From: Planctomycetota bacterium
Lineage (GTDB): Bacteria; Planctomycetota; Planctomycetia; Planctomycetales; Planctomycetaceae
Reading direction: 5' to 3'
Assembly (NCBI GenBank): GCA_037146815.1
Contig: JBAWWJ010000014.1
Coordinates: 1,114 to 65,113 of the forward strand
DNA: 64,000 bases
In this document: positions 18,580 to 29,156 of the stretch, one piece after another
How the letters are laid out: every line of letters begins with the position of its first letter
How positions within the stretch are numbered: position 1 is the stretch's first letter
Notes under the pieces: model-generated
Database searches by the model: none
Told to the model about the DNA's origin: nothing
The model's input: the letters and a program-made list of their open reading frames with translations, nothing else
Translations under genes and position numbers: made by a program

Positions 18580-20100
18580 ATGATCACGGGTGTCACTGCT
18601 CTGCTGGCCCGTTCGCTCCGGAGTGATGCGAGGTCGATTCTCAACCACACAGCCCGTTTTGGATTGATGGCCGCGATCTACATTGCACTTTGCTGTTCGC
18701 TTCAGGTCGCGATGCGTTTCGGCGCGCCGGGGATGCGATTCTTCAAGGCGAGCGTTTATCTCAACGCGATCTTTATGACTTTGCTCGGGATCGGATTCTT
18801 CTCGACGACGATTTCAGAAGAAAAGGAGGAAGAGACGCTTGGCCTGATGACGATGGCCGGAATCAGCCCACTGGGCTTACTGATGGGAAAGCTCGGGGGC
18901 CGACTGGTTCAGGCGTTGTTGCTGATCACAGTTCAGTATCCGTTCACACTGTTGGCCGTAACGATGGGTGGCGTGACACAGTCGCAGGTGCAAGCCGCTT
19001 ATATCGGGCTGATCGGATTTACCCTGCTGATGGCTGGTGTGGGCGTACTCTGTTCGACGATTGCGTCGAGCAGTCGTAAGGCGGGAACCGCTCTTGTTGT
19101 CATATTGGGGTTGTACGTGACCATACCGTTTGTCTGTCAGGCACTCTTGGCCCAGATGGGGCTCCAGCGGTCGATGGTTGTGTACGGACTGCAATACGTC
19201 GCGAAAATGTCGCTTTTCATACAGATCGAAAAAAATCTGACATCAGGCTGGGGGGACTCCCCATGGAGTGTTCAGTTAATGACGAATGCATTCGTGGGAG
19301 TTGCCTGTTTCCTGGGAGCATGGGGATGTTTTGGACTTACCGCAGCTTCATTCACGACGGAAGTTTCAACAACTTCGATTGCCACACGCAGTACCAGGTT
19401 CCGTCGTCCTATTGTGAACGGCCGAGTCTGGAGCAATCCGTTCTTGTGGAAGGATTACCACTTCGTCTCGGGTGGCTTCCGGATGTGGGTCGTACGCATC
19501 GCGGGGTATGCGATCCTGTTTCCAGTCACATGGATCGCATGCTCATTATGGGGATTCCGTGGTTGGGGAAATCACAACTCTCAGCGAATCGGCGTGTACC
19601 AGTTCTTTTCACTCTGTGCCCTGACGTGGGAGACTTCGCTCATTGCCGCGCGATGTCTTCAGGATGAAATCCGAGGTCAGACACTGGCATCACTTGTCAT
19701 GTTACCTCAATCGACGGCTCAGGTCTTCTATTCGAAACTATCTGGCGCAATGATCGGGATACTCCCAGGAATCACATTATTTCTGATCGCATGTATCGGA
19801 GGGTTCGAGAATACTCGAGAGTTTTTGAATCCCCGCGACCCCGGACCATTTATTCTGGCGCACCTGTTGCTGGTTCCTCATCTGTCTGCGGTTTACGCCC
19901 TCTGGGTTCGTTGGGGAGCCGTCCCGCTCGCCATAGGAACGATGGTCGGACTGTTCGCGATCTGGATCGTACTTGGTGAAATGATATTTCACTTTCGGGA
20001 CTCGGAGTTCAATGTCATCGCGGCCATTATCTTGCTCGTCTGCGTGGGCCTTCACTTTTTCGTGATTTCACGGATTCGGCTTATCGCGGAGCGAGAATGA
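18580..20100 (+). CDS. ABC-2-type permease-like multi-TM protein with two related halves
   Basis: ISEEKEEETLGLMTMAGISP..LMGKL and LQDEIRGQTLASLVMLPQS..FYSKL; many TM segments. Start ATG 18580 after CAGGAA. Confidence 0.7.
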   Translation: MITGVTALLARSLRSDARSILNHTARFGLMAAIYIALCCSLQVAMRFGAPGMRFFKASVYLNAIFMTLLGIGFFSTTISEEKEEETLGLMTMAGISPLGLLMGKLGGRLVQALLLITVQYPFTLLAVTMGGVTQSQVQAAYIGLIGFTLLMAGVGVLCSTIASSSRKAGTALVVILGLYVTIPFVCQALLAQMGLQRSMVVYGLQYVAKMSLFIQIEKNLTSGWGDSPWSVQLMTNAFVGVACFLGAWGCFGLTAASFTTEVSTTSIATRSTRFRRPIVNGRVWSNPFLWKDYHFVSGGFRMWVVRIAGYAILFPVTWIACSLWGFRGWGNHNSQRIGVYQFFSLCALTWETSLIAARCLQDEIRGQTLASLVMLPQSTAQVFYSKLSGAMIGILPGITLFLIACIGGFENTREFLNPRDPGPFILAHLLLVPHLSAVYALWVRWGAVPLAIGTMVGLFAIWIVLGEMIFHFRDSEFNVIAAIILLVCVGLHFFVISRIRLIAERE

Positions 20101-20112
20101 CACGCGAAAACA

Positions 20113-21810
20113 TTACTGTTTCAGCAGAGCCCGGCCAGCGAGGATTCCTAATCGACTGCTGCCGACTTCTCGCAGCAGATTGCCTGCTGAAGGAGAGTAC
20201 GAAGCGCACAACTGGCGGATGTCGTCGCGAGCCTGGAAATAGGCTTCGATGACTCGCGGATCCCATTGTTCACCAGATCCGCGACGGAAGATTTCTTCCA
20301 ATCGCTCGATCGGCATCCCCTTTCGATAAGGGCGATCGCTGACCATGGCATCAAAGCTGTCGGCCACGGCAATGATCCGAGCCATCAGCGGAATTCCGTC
20401 ACCCTTCAGTTTGTCGGGATAACCCTTCCCGTTAAACGCTTCGTGATGATGTCGTACGCCTGGCAGGATTTGCGAGAGATTTCGCAACTGACACAGGATC
20501 TGGTATCCGATCATCGGGTGCTGTTGGATCTGTCGGAATTCGTCTTCGGTCAACTGACCCGGTTTTGCCAGGATGCGATCATCGACACCCACCTTACCAA
20601 TGTCGTGCAGCAGTCCTGACAGGTAGATATCTTCCAGATCCCCGGTTTCCAGCCCGATCTGCTGGCCAATGCGACGAGCCAGTAAGGCGACTCGTTCACT
20701 GTGACCGCGCGTGTACGGGTCCTTGGCATCCAATGTGGAGACCAGCGATCGAACAAATCCCACGAGCAGTTCGTCGTGCTCATCATACAGTTCGATGTTG
20801 CGGACGTGAGTTCCCAGGATCGTGGCGATGGAGCAAATCAGGTTCGCTTCAACCGAACCGAATTCCCGGCCGCCCCGCAGGTTTGCCGCGACAATCCAGC
20901 CTCGCCGATGCTGTGGGTCCCCGATCGGGACGATCACCATATTCTTCAGGCCCGGGAAGTCCCCGCCCAGCAGCGTATGCTGCAGCTTGTTCTTCACCAG
21001 CGGCTTGCTCCAGTTGTGCGTATCAAACCGCGCCAGCAACCGGGCAAGTTCCATCTGATCAAAAGGCAGGCGTCCCTGAGACAGGAATCGCATCGAGTGA
21101 TCGGAATTTTCTACACAGATCCCGACACCAGCACATTCGATCAGCGGATACAGCCCACGCACACAGAGTTCGGCGAGTTCTTCCGATGGGCGGGACAATT
21201 GCAGGTTTTCTGTCAATCGATGCAGCAGGCTGATCTCTTCGTAGGTGTAGTCAATCTGCAGACTGAGGGCATCCAGTTCCTGCTGAAGTTCCGCTTCACG
21301 TTCACGCTGTTTCAAACTGCGGAAGGCACAGTCAAGCAATCGGACAAGCAATTGCGAATCACAGACGGGGACGGAAGTCAGTGCTTTTTCGGAATCGGCT
21401 TCATTGACGCGTGCTTCCAAAGCTGCCAGATGAAGTTCCGGAGGGAATACATCACGTGATGCCAGGACATAGCCGGCGATCAAAAGCGACTCTTTCGACG
21501 GAATGGGCACCAGGAAGTAGGTCAGTTCTTCGCTGATACGGTCGACTTCAATGGCATTGACCTGCCCCAGTCGCAGTACCAGTCGTGGTGGAACATAGCG
21601 AAGGTACTCGGCGTGCGACTGGGCAATCACGTGCGCGAATTCGCGTTCGATGATCATGCATGGTAGGCCGGTCGCATCGCTGAATTCTCGCAGAATGACA
21701 TCGGCCGGCGCATCGGCGCCCGGAGCGACCACCGTATCGGAATGAACGGAGTCGTGATCGAAGGACGTCGGTGTGTCGAGGAGCCAGGTCGTCATTTGTC
21801 GAGTTCCCAT
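20113..21810 (-). CDS. HD-GYP domain protein (putative c-di-GMP phosphodiesterase) with N-terminal sensory/GAF-like region
   Basis: KDPYTRGHSERVA, LLHDIGK, HHEAFNGKGYPDKLKG, ARIIAVADSFDAMVSDRPYR. Confidence 0.92.
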   Translation of the reverse strand: MGTRQMTTWLLDTPTSFDHDSVHSDTVVAPGADAPADVILREFSDATGLPCMIIEREFAHVIAQSHAEYLRYVPPRLVLRLGQVNAIEVDRISEELTYFLVPIPSKESLLIAGYVLASRDVFPPELHLAALEARVNEADSEKALTSVPVCDSQLLVRLLDCAFRSLKQREREAELQQELDALSLQIDYTYEEISLLHRLTENLQLSRPSEELAELCVRGLYPLIECAGVGICVENSDHSMRFLSQGRLPFDQMELARLLARFDTHNWSKPLVKNKLQHTLLGGDFPGLKNMVIVPIGDPQHRRGWIVAANLRGGREFGSVEANLICSIATILGTHVRNIELYDEHDELLVGFVRSLVSTLDAKDPYTRGHSERVALLARRIGQQIGLETGDLEDIYLSGLLHDIGKVGVDDRILAKPGQLTEDEFRQIQQHPMIGYQILCQLRNLSQILPGVRHHHEAFNGKGYPDKLKGDGIPLMARIIAVADSFDAMVSDRPYRKGMPIERLEEIFRRGSGEQWDPRVIEAYFQARDDIRQLCASYSPSAGNLLREVGSSRLGILAGRALLKQ

Positions 21811-22032
21811 GCCGTGAAAGCCGCAAGACCTCCAGCAGCGAACCCGGTGATGATCGAATTGAAACGATTTCGATTCGAATGAGCACAGGGTTTTGGAACT
21901 CTAGTTCAACTCTGGCAATGAGCAACCAGAAGTAGATCAACGAAATGCAGGGTTATGTGATGTCGGATGGCACCACCGTCGTCGCCTGCGAATTCGGTTC
22001 GATCCGAATATCCGGAATAGTCCGCAGGGTTG

Positions 22033-23049
22033 CTATTCGGTTCGTTTACCACGGTCACGCAGAAGGTCACTGACCTGCTTCAGTGTTTGCTGCTCACGTG
22101 ACGTGAGCGAGCTCATTCCATGAGCATGAACCTTGGCCAGCAGTTCATCTAACTGCTGTTCGGCCTCTTCCTGTTGTCGCCGAATTGCCTGCTCCTGCTG
22201 TTGCCGACGTCGTTCACGCCATTGTTCGACCAGCCCCGGTTGCGCTTCAGACGGCTGCGTCCCCCCGCCTGCAGGGACCGACCGGTCCAGGCTGGTATAC
22301 CCGTCGGTGAAGTCATAGCCGAGGAACGAATCTTCTTCACGGTCGATTCGCTCGTTTTCGAAGAACTCAACCAGATTCACAACAAACACCACGGCGCTCA
22401 GGAAGACCAGTGGAGTGAGGTCAAATGCCAGTCCCACCACAGCCAGCAACCCCGCCACAACCATACTGACTTGAACAGCGCATCGATTGACCAGTTCCGG
22501 GTGAATTCGAGCAGCCAGCACGGATCGCACGATTTGAGCTCCATCGAGCGGGAGCATTGGCAGCATGTTGACCAGGAACAGCATCCAGTTGACGACAAAT
22601 GTGATGACACCCAGGTCGCTGGGCAATTGCTCAAGATCAAGTTTCGTCAACGGAAGCGTAAATGGGACTAATGCTGATCGGTAGGAATCCGACGGCAAGA
22701 TCCAGGGAATGGCAAGGCAGATCACCAGGTTGACAAAAGGTCCACCAGCGGTCGTGACCACGGAAGCCCACGTCCCACGCCCCGGCTGAACCATTGCCAA
22801 TCCGCCGATCGGCGACAGGCGAATTTCGGTGGCATTTCCACCAGTCATACGGGCCAGGCAGACGTGCCCCAGTTCGTGCAGAAGAACGGATACCATCAGG
22901 ATGGCCAGAAAGGCCGCTCCGAGCATCCATCCGAGTCGAAACAGAAAAAAGGCCCCGACCAGAAAGAACGAGAGATCCATTCGTATCCGAAGCGTTCCGA
23001 GTCGAACGATCTCGAACGACGGCAGCATCCAATTCAGTCGTTCATTCAT
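22033..23049 (-). CDS. Site-2 protease family (M50) intramembrane metalloprotease
   Basis: VLLHELGH, AGGPFVN, VNMLPMLPLDG, and a C-terminal LDELLAKVHAHGMSSLT motif. Confidence 0.9.
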   Translation of the reverse strand: MNERLNWMLPSFEIVRLGTLRIRMDLSFFLVGAFFLFRLGWMLGAAFLAILMVSVLLHELGHVCLARMTGGNATEIRLSPIGGLAMVQPGRGTWASVVTTAGGPFVNLVICLAIPWILPSDSYRSALVPFTLPLTKLDLEQLPSDLGVITFVVNWMLFLVNMLPMLPLDGAQIVRSVLAARIHPELVNRCAVQVSMVVAGLLAVVGLAFDLTPLVFLSAVVFVVNLVEFFENERIDREEDSFLGYDFTDGYTSLDRSVPAGGGTQPSEAQPGLVEQWRERRRQQQEQAIRRQQEEAEQQLDELLAKVHAHGMSSLTSREQQTLKQVSDLLRDRGKRTE

Positions 23050-23381
23050 TTCTGATGCCTTCCTGCGTGCCTCGGAACACCACGCTCCGAGCCTGTTTGC
23101 TACGACCTTTTCATCTTAACCCTTTCATTGTGGCAAGACAATCCGCCGAATCAACTTTGAAAATGCAGTGTGCTATCGTGATTTGTGGGTAAACCGAAGT
23201 GTTCGTTGACCATTGAATTTGGTTTGGAAGGCATTCGAAACTGCGCCGAATGAGTCGAATTTGATGGACGGCAGGACTTTTCATGACCGAGTACCGACAT
23301 CAACCTCGGACGGTTATACTGGCCTGTCGGTGACGATTTTCCCTTCTTGTTGCAGTCTCATTTCTCTTCGGAGTTTCGCCC

Positions 23382-24038
23382 ATGGACATGGCCAAGCTGG
23401 TCGATTTCATGAGCAATCTGATCTACCCGATGCAGGCGATTGCAGCGGTCTATGGTCTGTTTCTGACAATTCTGGTCTTTCGCCGGATCGCTCAAAAGCG
23501 ATTTCGGACTCAGGCCACCGCCGACGATTTCCTCAACCAGGTCAGTGAGCGATTGCAGGGACGTCAATTTGATAGCGTCGCCGAATTGTGCGATTCCCCG
23601 GCTTACTGGTCAAAAGCGGTGCCACAACTGATTCTGATTGCCCTCGCCAATCGCGATCGGCCAATTGCCAAACTGCGACAACTTCTGAGTGAGACTTTCG
23701 AACGCGAAGTCCTGGCCGAACTCGATTACCAGCTCTCCTGGGTGAATACAGTCGTCAAGACGGCGCCGATGCTCGGATTGCAGGGAACTGTTCTGGGAAT
23801 GATTGCCGCGTTCGCAAAAATTGCATCCAGTCAAAGAACAGGTGTTGATCCGAGCAAGCTGGCTACGGATATCAGTTTTGCACTGATCACGACCGCCGTC
23901 GGATTGATGATCGCCATCCCGCTTGTCATGTGTATGGCATCGATGCAGGTTCGCATCGGTCGCCTGACCGATGCGGTTCAACATCAACTTGGACGATTCC
24001 TGGATGAACTCGAAGCAGCCCAGTCGAAAAAGCGATAA
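23382..24038 (+). CDS. MotA/TolQ/ExbB proton-channel protein
   Basis: Three TMs; TAPMLGLQGTVLGMI, ISFALITTAVGLMIAIP. Confidence 0.92.
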   Translation: MDMAKLVDFMSNLIYPMQAIAAVYGLFLTILVFRRIAQKRFRTQATADDFLNQVSERLQGRQFDSVAELCDSPAYWSKAVPQLILIALANRDRPIAKLRQLLSETFEREVLAELDYQLSWVNTVVKTAPMLGLQGTVLGMIAAFAKIASSQRTGVDPSKLATDISFALITTAVGLMIAIPLVMCMASMQVRIGRLTDAVQHQLGRFLDELEAAQSKKR

Positions 24039-24064
24039 ATTGACGCGGAGCGGGAGATGTTGAC

Positions 24065-24529
24065 GTGGCTAGTCGCAGTCTATTCAGAGATTCGGCGGGA
24101 TCTTTCGGCGGGAAGCGAAAGGCGGTCGAAGGAGATTTGGATATCACTCCGATGATCGATGTCACGTTCCTGCTGCTGATTTTCTTCATGGTCTCGTCCA
24201 CCATGCAGGGAAAGCCCGATCTGGATGTCCCAGTTGCTCAACATGCCATCGGGATTGATGCGAGCGGGGCTGCTGTCGTGACCGTGTTTGCTGCAGCTAG
24301 CGTCGCTGAGTCGCCTCGAATCGTCCTGGGTGATGTGCAAGGCCCCGACGGAGAATTGAGTGACATTCGACGCTTCGTCGAAGAGAAATCGCGTGAAGGA
24401 ATTCGTAAGTTCGTGATTAAGGCGGAAGGGGATGTTCCGCATGGTCTGGTCGAGGAAATCGCCAAAGCAATCAAGTCGGTTGAGGGTGTGGAATTGTACA
24501 TGGGGGTTGGTGACAAACCGGTCGAGTAA
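24065..24529 (+). CDS. ExbD/TolR family protein
   Basis: DITPMIDVTFLLLIFFMV with the conserved TM Asp; IKAEGDVPHGLV. Confidence 0.92.
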   Translation: MASRSLFRDSAGSFGGKRKAVEGDLDITPMIDVTFLLLIFFMVSSTMQGKPDLDVPVAQHAIGIDASGAAVVTVFAAASVAESPRIVLGDVQGPDGELSDIRRFVEEKSREGIRKFVIKAEGDVPHGLVEEIAKAIKSVEGVELYMGVGDKPVE

Positions 24530-24665
24530 GGTTTTCGCTTTTCACCAGATCACTTGAAGCGAGTGAGTCATGGGACGCGAGGTTTTCGGTTTCACTCACC
24601 TCCGCTTTACGCAGTAGCAACGTTCAATCCGTCAGAATCTCAAATGGATCCAGCACAGGCATAAA

Positions 24666-25460
24666 ATGGCGATTCGGTTTCGCTGCCAGCATTGTTCGGG
24701 ACTGATGAGTATTTCCAGCCGTCAGGCCGGAATGACGGTTCAGTGTCCGACCTGCGGCGAACAGACTCTCGTCCCCCTGGAAGATATTTTTAGTTCATCC
24801 CCCGACAGGAATTCGGGAACTGCCACTGAAACTGCCGTCGACGACCAACAGGAAGAGGGCTGGCAGGCACCGCCGGAGGAGTCGTTTGCGGCGTACCGCG
24901 AAAGTCGTGACGAAGATGTTCATGTCGAGCCTGAGGGGGCGATAAACGACGGGTCCAGTGAGTTTGACGACGTAGGTCAAGCTGAACAAACGACCGAAGA
25001 CGACGAGAATGAACCAGAGCCGTTTCAGTTGAAGGTCCGTCAGCGAGCCGACGACGAAATGGATTTGACGCCGATGGTGGATGTCACGTTTCAGTTGCTG
25101 ATTTTCTTCATGGTCACGGCATCATTTGCCTTGCAGAAATCAATCCAGGTCCCGACCCCTGATCCCGAAAAAAAAGGGGCGACGCAGCAGTTGCAGATTC
25201 TGGAAGACCTCGAAGGGTCGTCGATTCGAGTTCAAATTGACGCGGCAAATGTGATCACGATTGATGACGAACCACTGGCCGACCCAGCCCGTCTCGCCGA
25301 TGCTCTCAAAGATAAGATGCGAAAAGAACAGAAGACGGAAATCCTGATTTCTGCTCACGCTGCGGCATTACATCGTTCCGTCATTTCCGTGATCGATGCC
25401 GCGAATCATATTGGTATGCAAAAGATCCGCCTGATCTCACGACAGGGTAAAAGCGAATAA
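24666..25460 (+). CDS. Zn-ribbon + acidic linker + ExbD/TolR fusion
   Basis: CQHC..CPTC at the N-terminus, Glu/Asp-rich middle, DLTPMVDVTFQLLIFFMV. Confidence 0.9.
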   Translation: MAIRFRCQHCSGLMSISSRQAGMTVQCPTCGEQTLVPLEDIFSSSPDRNSGTATETAVDDQQEEGWQAPPEESFAAYRESRDEDVHVEPEGAINDGSSEFDDVGQAEQTTEDDENEPEPFQLKVRQRADDEMDLTPMVDVTFQLLIFFMVTASFALQKSIQVPTPDPEKKGATQQLQILEDLEGSSIRVQIDAANVITIDDEPLADPARLADALKDKMRKEQKTEILISAHAAALHRSVISVIDAANHIGMQKIRLISRQGKSE

Positions 25461-25462
25461 CG

Positions 25463-28400
25463 ATGCCTTCACTCGAACTTCAATATGCAGACGGTCGGGT
25501 CACGACATGCGAGTTGTCGCGAACGCAACCGTTAACGATCGGAAAGCAGTCGTTTAACGATATCTGCGTTGCGGGTGATGACGTCGGGGCGATGCATTGT
25601 CGAGTCCTTTGGAATAAGTCGGCGTTTGATGTGACTGCAGCCACGTCGGATGGAGTCGAGGTGAACGGAACAACAGTCGCTCACGCTCGGTTGAGTCCTG
25701 GTGACATCATCCGTGTCGGTAGTCTGGACCTGGTCTATCTTGATCCCACCGTTGCCGAGCCCGAACCTGATTTGCAGTTGCGAGAAATCCCGGAGGCCCC
25801 CCCGCCGCTTCCCAAGCATCGCGAATCCCCGAAGCCGACTCATGATGCCGCCCCTGCCAAGGGACGAAGTGACAAGCGGGAACCTGTTGCACCACCACAA
25901 AAAGAGACATCACTCTTCGAAGGGCCCGTCTATACAGAATCCCAGGTGATGGCGGCCTATGAAGTCGTTGCCAGTTTTGAAGAAGATTCGCTGTCACCTA
26001 CAAAGCTCAAACCGCTCCCTTCGAGCCGATCTGCTGATTCGACACATCCGCAGAAGTCGGCACGTTATGCCGGGATGGGGATGTCGCTTGGGTCTCAAGT
26101 CCGCCCAGGGGAACAAGACGCCCTGCGATCTCCTCTGGTGCTGGGACTCAGTCTTGGTGGATTGGTGCTGGTCCTGATCACGGGAATCTTCTGGTTTCTG
26201 ATCAGTCGCGAACAATCGACTCGACTCTATGACCGAGCGGTCGCAGAACTGAACGATGGCCAATATGCACAGTCAGTCACCTCGTTTGAACAGTTTCTGC
26301 AGCAGTATTCCGGGCACGCACTACATCGTCAGGCGGAACGTGGAGTAGGAAAAGCACTGATTCAAAAGGAAATTGCCGGTGGAACGCCAGCCTGGAAGAA
26401 TGGGCTCGAACAGGTCCACAGTCTGATTTCGAAGCACCGCAACGAGTCTGACTTTGCAGATCTGACTCCCGTCCTGCATCGCTATGGAGAAGAAATCGCC
26501 TTGGGGGCTGCCCGCACTGCAGCCGCAACGCGTGATGCCGAACTGTTGACGGTTTCCGAAGACGCTCAAGTCATCCTCGAACGCTATTCCGACCCGGCAT
26601 CGCCCCCCACGGCCGCTCTGAATCGAATCAAGGAAGCACGTGTGGCCGCTGTACTGGCGATCGGAAAACAAAAGATCTTCGATGACAGTATGGCCGCCAT
26701 TGATGCGGCACTTGCAGCCAACAAGCCGATGGTCGCACTCTCTGAACGCGAGAAACTCGTGCGAGTCTATGAAGGATTCGCCAGTGTCAGTCGCGTGAAA
26801 GAATCGCTTCAAAAAGCTCTCGATCTGGAGCGGTCTGTCATCAAGACCAGTGACGAGGAGCGTGCGGCCGAAACCACCGAAAAGACGGTTGCCGGATCGC
26901 CGCCAGCACTGGGAATTTTTCATACGCGGACGCGAACAGACGAGACGTCGCTTGGGCGAGTCGCATACGTGGTCGGGAAGGACTGCTGTTATGCCGTCGA
27001 CACGGTGACCGGTGAACTCGTCTGGCGACGAACGATCGGATTCGAAGCTCCGTTCTTCCCTGTCACGGCCACAGGAACACAATCGGTCGTGTTACTTTAC
27101 GATGGCTATCAGCGATCGCTCATCTGCTGTCAGCCCTTAACGGGGAAGTTGATCTGGAGACAACCTCTCGACGGACGACCGCGGTCCGCTCCGTTGATTC
27201 ACGAAGGACAGATCTATCTGCCGACCGATGACCGATCAATCTGCCGGATCGACCTTGAAGCCGGCCGACTGACGGAACGAATCACATTTTCACAAAATGT
27301 GCAGGGACCGCCGGTTCTTTCCGCAGATGGAAATCACCTGCTGGTGCCGGGCGAGATGGCGATGATCTATGCCCTTTCCATGCGTCCGCTGGCATCCGCT
27401 GCGACGACGTTTACGGATCACGCTGCGGGTGCCATCTTAGCTCCGCCACTTGGATTGGGAAAACTGTATCTTCTCTGTGAGAATGATCGGGCTGATTCCG
27501 CTCGATTGCGATTATGGAATGCCGCAAATCCCAGGCAGCCTCTTGTCGAATTAACGGCCAAGGAAATCCGCGTACGTGGGCAAGTTCGTGAATCACCTGT
27601 CTTGCGTGGAAACCAACTCATGGTGCCATCGAGCGGTGAGAGATTGGCCGCATTTTCTGTCACGGATACGGCGGGACGCGAAGGTCTGGCGCCTGTCGCC
27701 CAGTACCGAGTGACCGAAGACGAAGAAATCGATCAGCGTCGAACTGCGAATCCAGATCAAAAAGTTACCCAAAAGGTCGACGACAAATCTGAAGGGGCCG
27801 AGAATTTCCTGCCGGCTGCGGTTGCCGCACGTGCCCCCATGTATCTGGTGCTGGGCCCCGACGGACGGTTCTGGGGCGCCAGTTCTGCATTCCGACGTTT
27901 TGAATTGGGAGCGGACTCGATCCATATGGATGCGAACGCCATCGCGGTCGGGATCGCTTCACAAAAGTTGCAGCAGATCGGAGATCAATTCTTCGTCGGC
28001 CGCAAGGCTCCCTTCCATGACGCTGTGATTTTTTCATCCGTGGATCGCGACCGCATGGTCAGTCCCTGGCGAATTGTCCTGGGAACGCAGTTCAATGAAG
28101 TCATTCCGTCAAAAGACGGAGGAGCCATCGCGATTACAGAAGCAGGCCATGCTGTCTCATTAGGGGCCGATCGTTTGCGGCAGGGTGGTTTTGACCTGAA
28201 AAGTGCGGTCGAACTTCCTTTGCCCGCCAGAATCAATCAGCGACTCGTCACTTCGACCTTGCACGATGGTCGGATGTTTCTCGCGGCCAACGGTGATCAG
28301 TCTTCGCTCTGGATCATTGGAACGGCGGGGCAATTGGAGTTTTCGACAAAGCTGGGCAAGGGTGAAACTGTTCAGGCAGCAGGTGTTCTGGTCGACGATG

Positions 28401-29083
28401 GGTTGATCGTTCCGCTCCCCGGCAAATTGAAATTACTTCCGTTGGGTTCGGGCAAAAAGCCAGTGCAGGATTGGATGGCTCCCGTGGGTGAAAAGCCTTC
28501 GGCACCGTGGAAGCACATTGTGCGACTGGACACGGACGAAGTCCTTGCCTGTAACAGTGAAGGATTGCTGCAGCGCATCCAGGTTCGTACGGCCGATGTC
28601 CCGCACCTGGCGGAGTCGGCCAAACTACAACTGGAAACACCTGTGAATGTCAGTCCCGCAGTCCAAGGCGATTTCCTGCTGGCAGCGTTGGCATCGGGTC
28701 AGGTTCAACTCTTGAACTGGCGGACATTTGATCAGGACGGAAAGCGAGACTTCGATGCACCAGTTCGCGGGACATGGGCGGTCGGAACTACGTGGCTGGT
28801 CTGGGGGGGAGATGCAAAGTTGCATGCTGTCTCGAGCGGTCGCGACTTGCCACTTCAGTGGTCTCTGGACCTGAAGGGAGTGGAACTCGCAGGAAGTCCC
28901 CTGCTGAACGGAAATCAGATCTGGCTCGCCGCGCGTGATGGAACCGTGATTGCGGCCGATGTCGAAGGAAAGGAATTGCGAAGAGTTCAGGTTCCGCAGG
29001 CGTTATCGATGGGGATCAAGAAATTCGGAGATGGACTGTTTGCAATCGCGATCGACGGTGCGATGTACCGAGTCAACGAATGA
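25463..29083 (+). CDS. FHA-like domain + TM + TPR + PQQ-type beta-propeller protein (1206 aa)
   Basis: N-terminal LTIGK..MHC..VEVNG..LSPGDIIRVG; TM near aa 225-248; YDRAVAELNDGQYAQSVTSFEQFLQQY; repeated AVDTVTGELVW/TGKLIW motifs. Confidence 0.8.
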   Translation: MPSLELQYADGRVTTCELSRTQPLTIGKQSFNDICVAGDDVGAMHCRVLWNKSAFDVTAATSDGVEVNGTTVAHARLSPGDIIRVGSLDLVYLDPTVAEPEPDLQLREIPEAPPPLPKHRESPKPTHDAAPAKGRSDKREPVAPPQKETSLFEGPVYTESQVMAAYEVVASFEEDSLSPTKLKPLPSSRSADSTHPQKSARYAGMGMSLGSQVRPGEQDALRSPLVLGLSLGGLVLVLITGIFWFLISREQSTRLYDRAVAELNDGQYAQSVTSFEQFLQQYSGHALHRQAERGVGKALIQKEIAGGTPAWKNGLEQVHSLISKHRNESDFADLTPVLHRYGEEIALGAARTAAATRDAELLTVSEDAQVILERYSDPASPPTAALNRIKEARVAAVLAIGKQKIFDDSMAAIDAALAANKPMVALSEREKLVRVYEGFASVSRVKESLQKALDLERSVIKTSDEERAAETTEKTVAGSPPALGIFHTRTRTDETSLGRVAYVVGKDCCYAVDTVTGELVWRRTIGFEAPFFPVTATGTQSVVLLYDGYQRSLICCQPLTGKLIWRQPLDGRPRSAPLIHEGQIYLPTDDRSICRIDLEAGRLTERITFSQNVQGPPVLSADGNHLLVPGEMAMIYALSMRPLASAATTFTDHAAGAILAPPLGLGKLYLLCENDRADSARLRLWNAANPRQPLVELTAKEIRVRGQVRESPVLRGNQLMVPSSGERLAAFSVTDTAGREGLAPVAQYRVTEDEEIDQRRTANPDQKVTQKVDDKSEGAENFLPAAVAARAPMYLVLGPDGRFWGASSAFRRFELGADSIHMDANAIAVGIASQKLQQIGDQFFVGRKAPFHDAVIFSSVDRDRMVSPWRIVLGTQFNEVIPSKDGGAIAITEAGHAVSLGADRLRQGGFDLKSAVELPLPARINQRLVTSTLHDGRMFLAANGDQSSLWIIGTAGQLEFSTKLGKGETVQAAGVLVDDGLIVPLPGKLKLLPLGSGKKPVQDWMAPVGEKPSAPWKHIVRLDTDEVLACNSEGLLQRIQVRTADVPHLAESAKLQLETPVNVSPAVQGDFLLAALASGQVQLLNWRTFDQDGKRDFDAPVRGTWAVGTTWLVWGGDAKLHAVSSGRDLPLQWSLDLKGVELAGSPLLNGNQIWLAARDGTVIAADVEGKELRRVQVPQALSMGIKKFGDGLFAIAIDGAMYRVNE

Positions 29084-29156
29084 TACCGAGCGGACTGGTC
29101 CCGCTGGTTGTCGAAGGTCGAGCGTCAATCGAACCGTTTAGAAAGGAGCGAATTCA

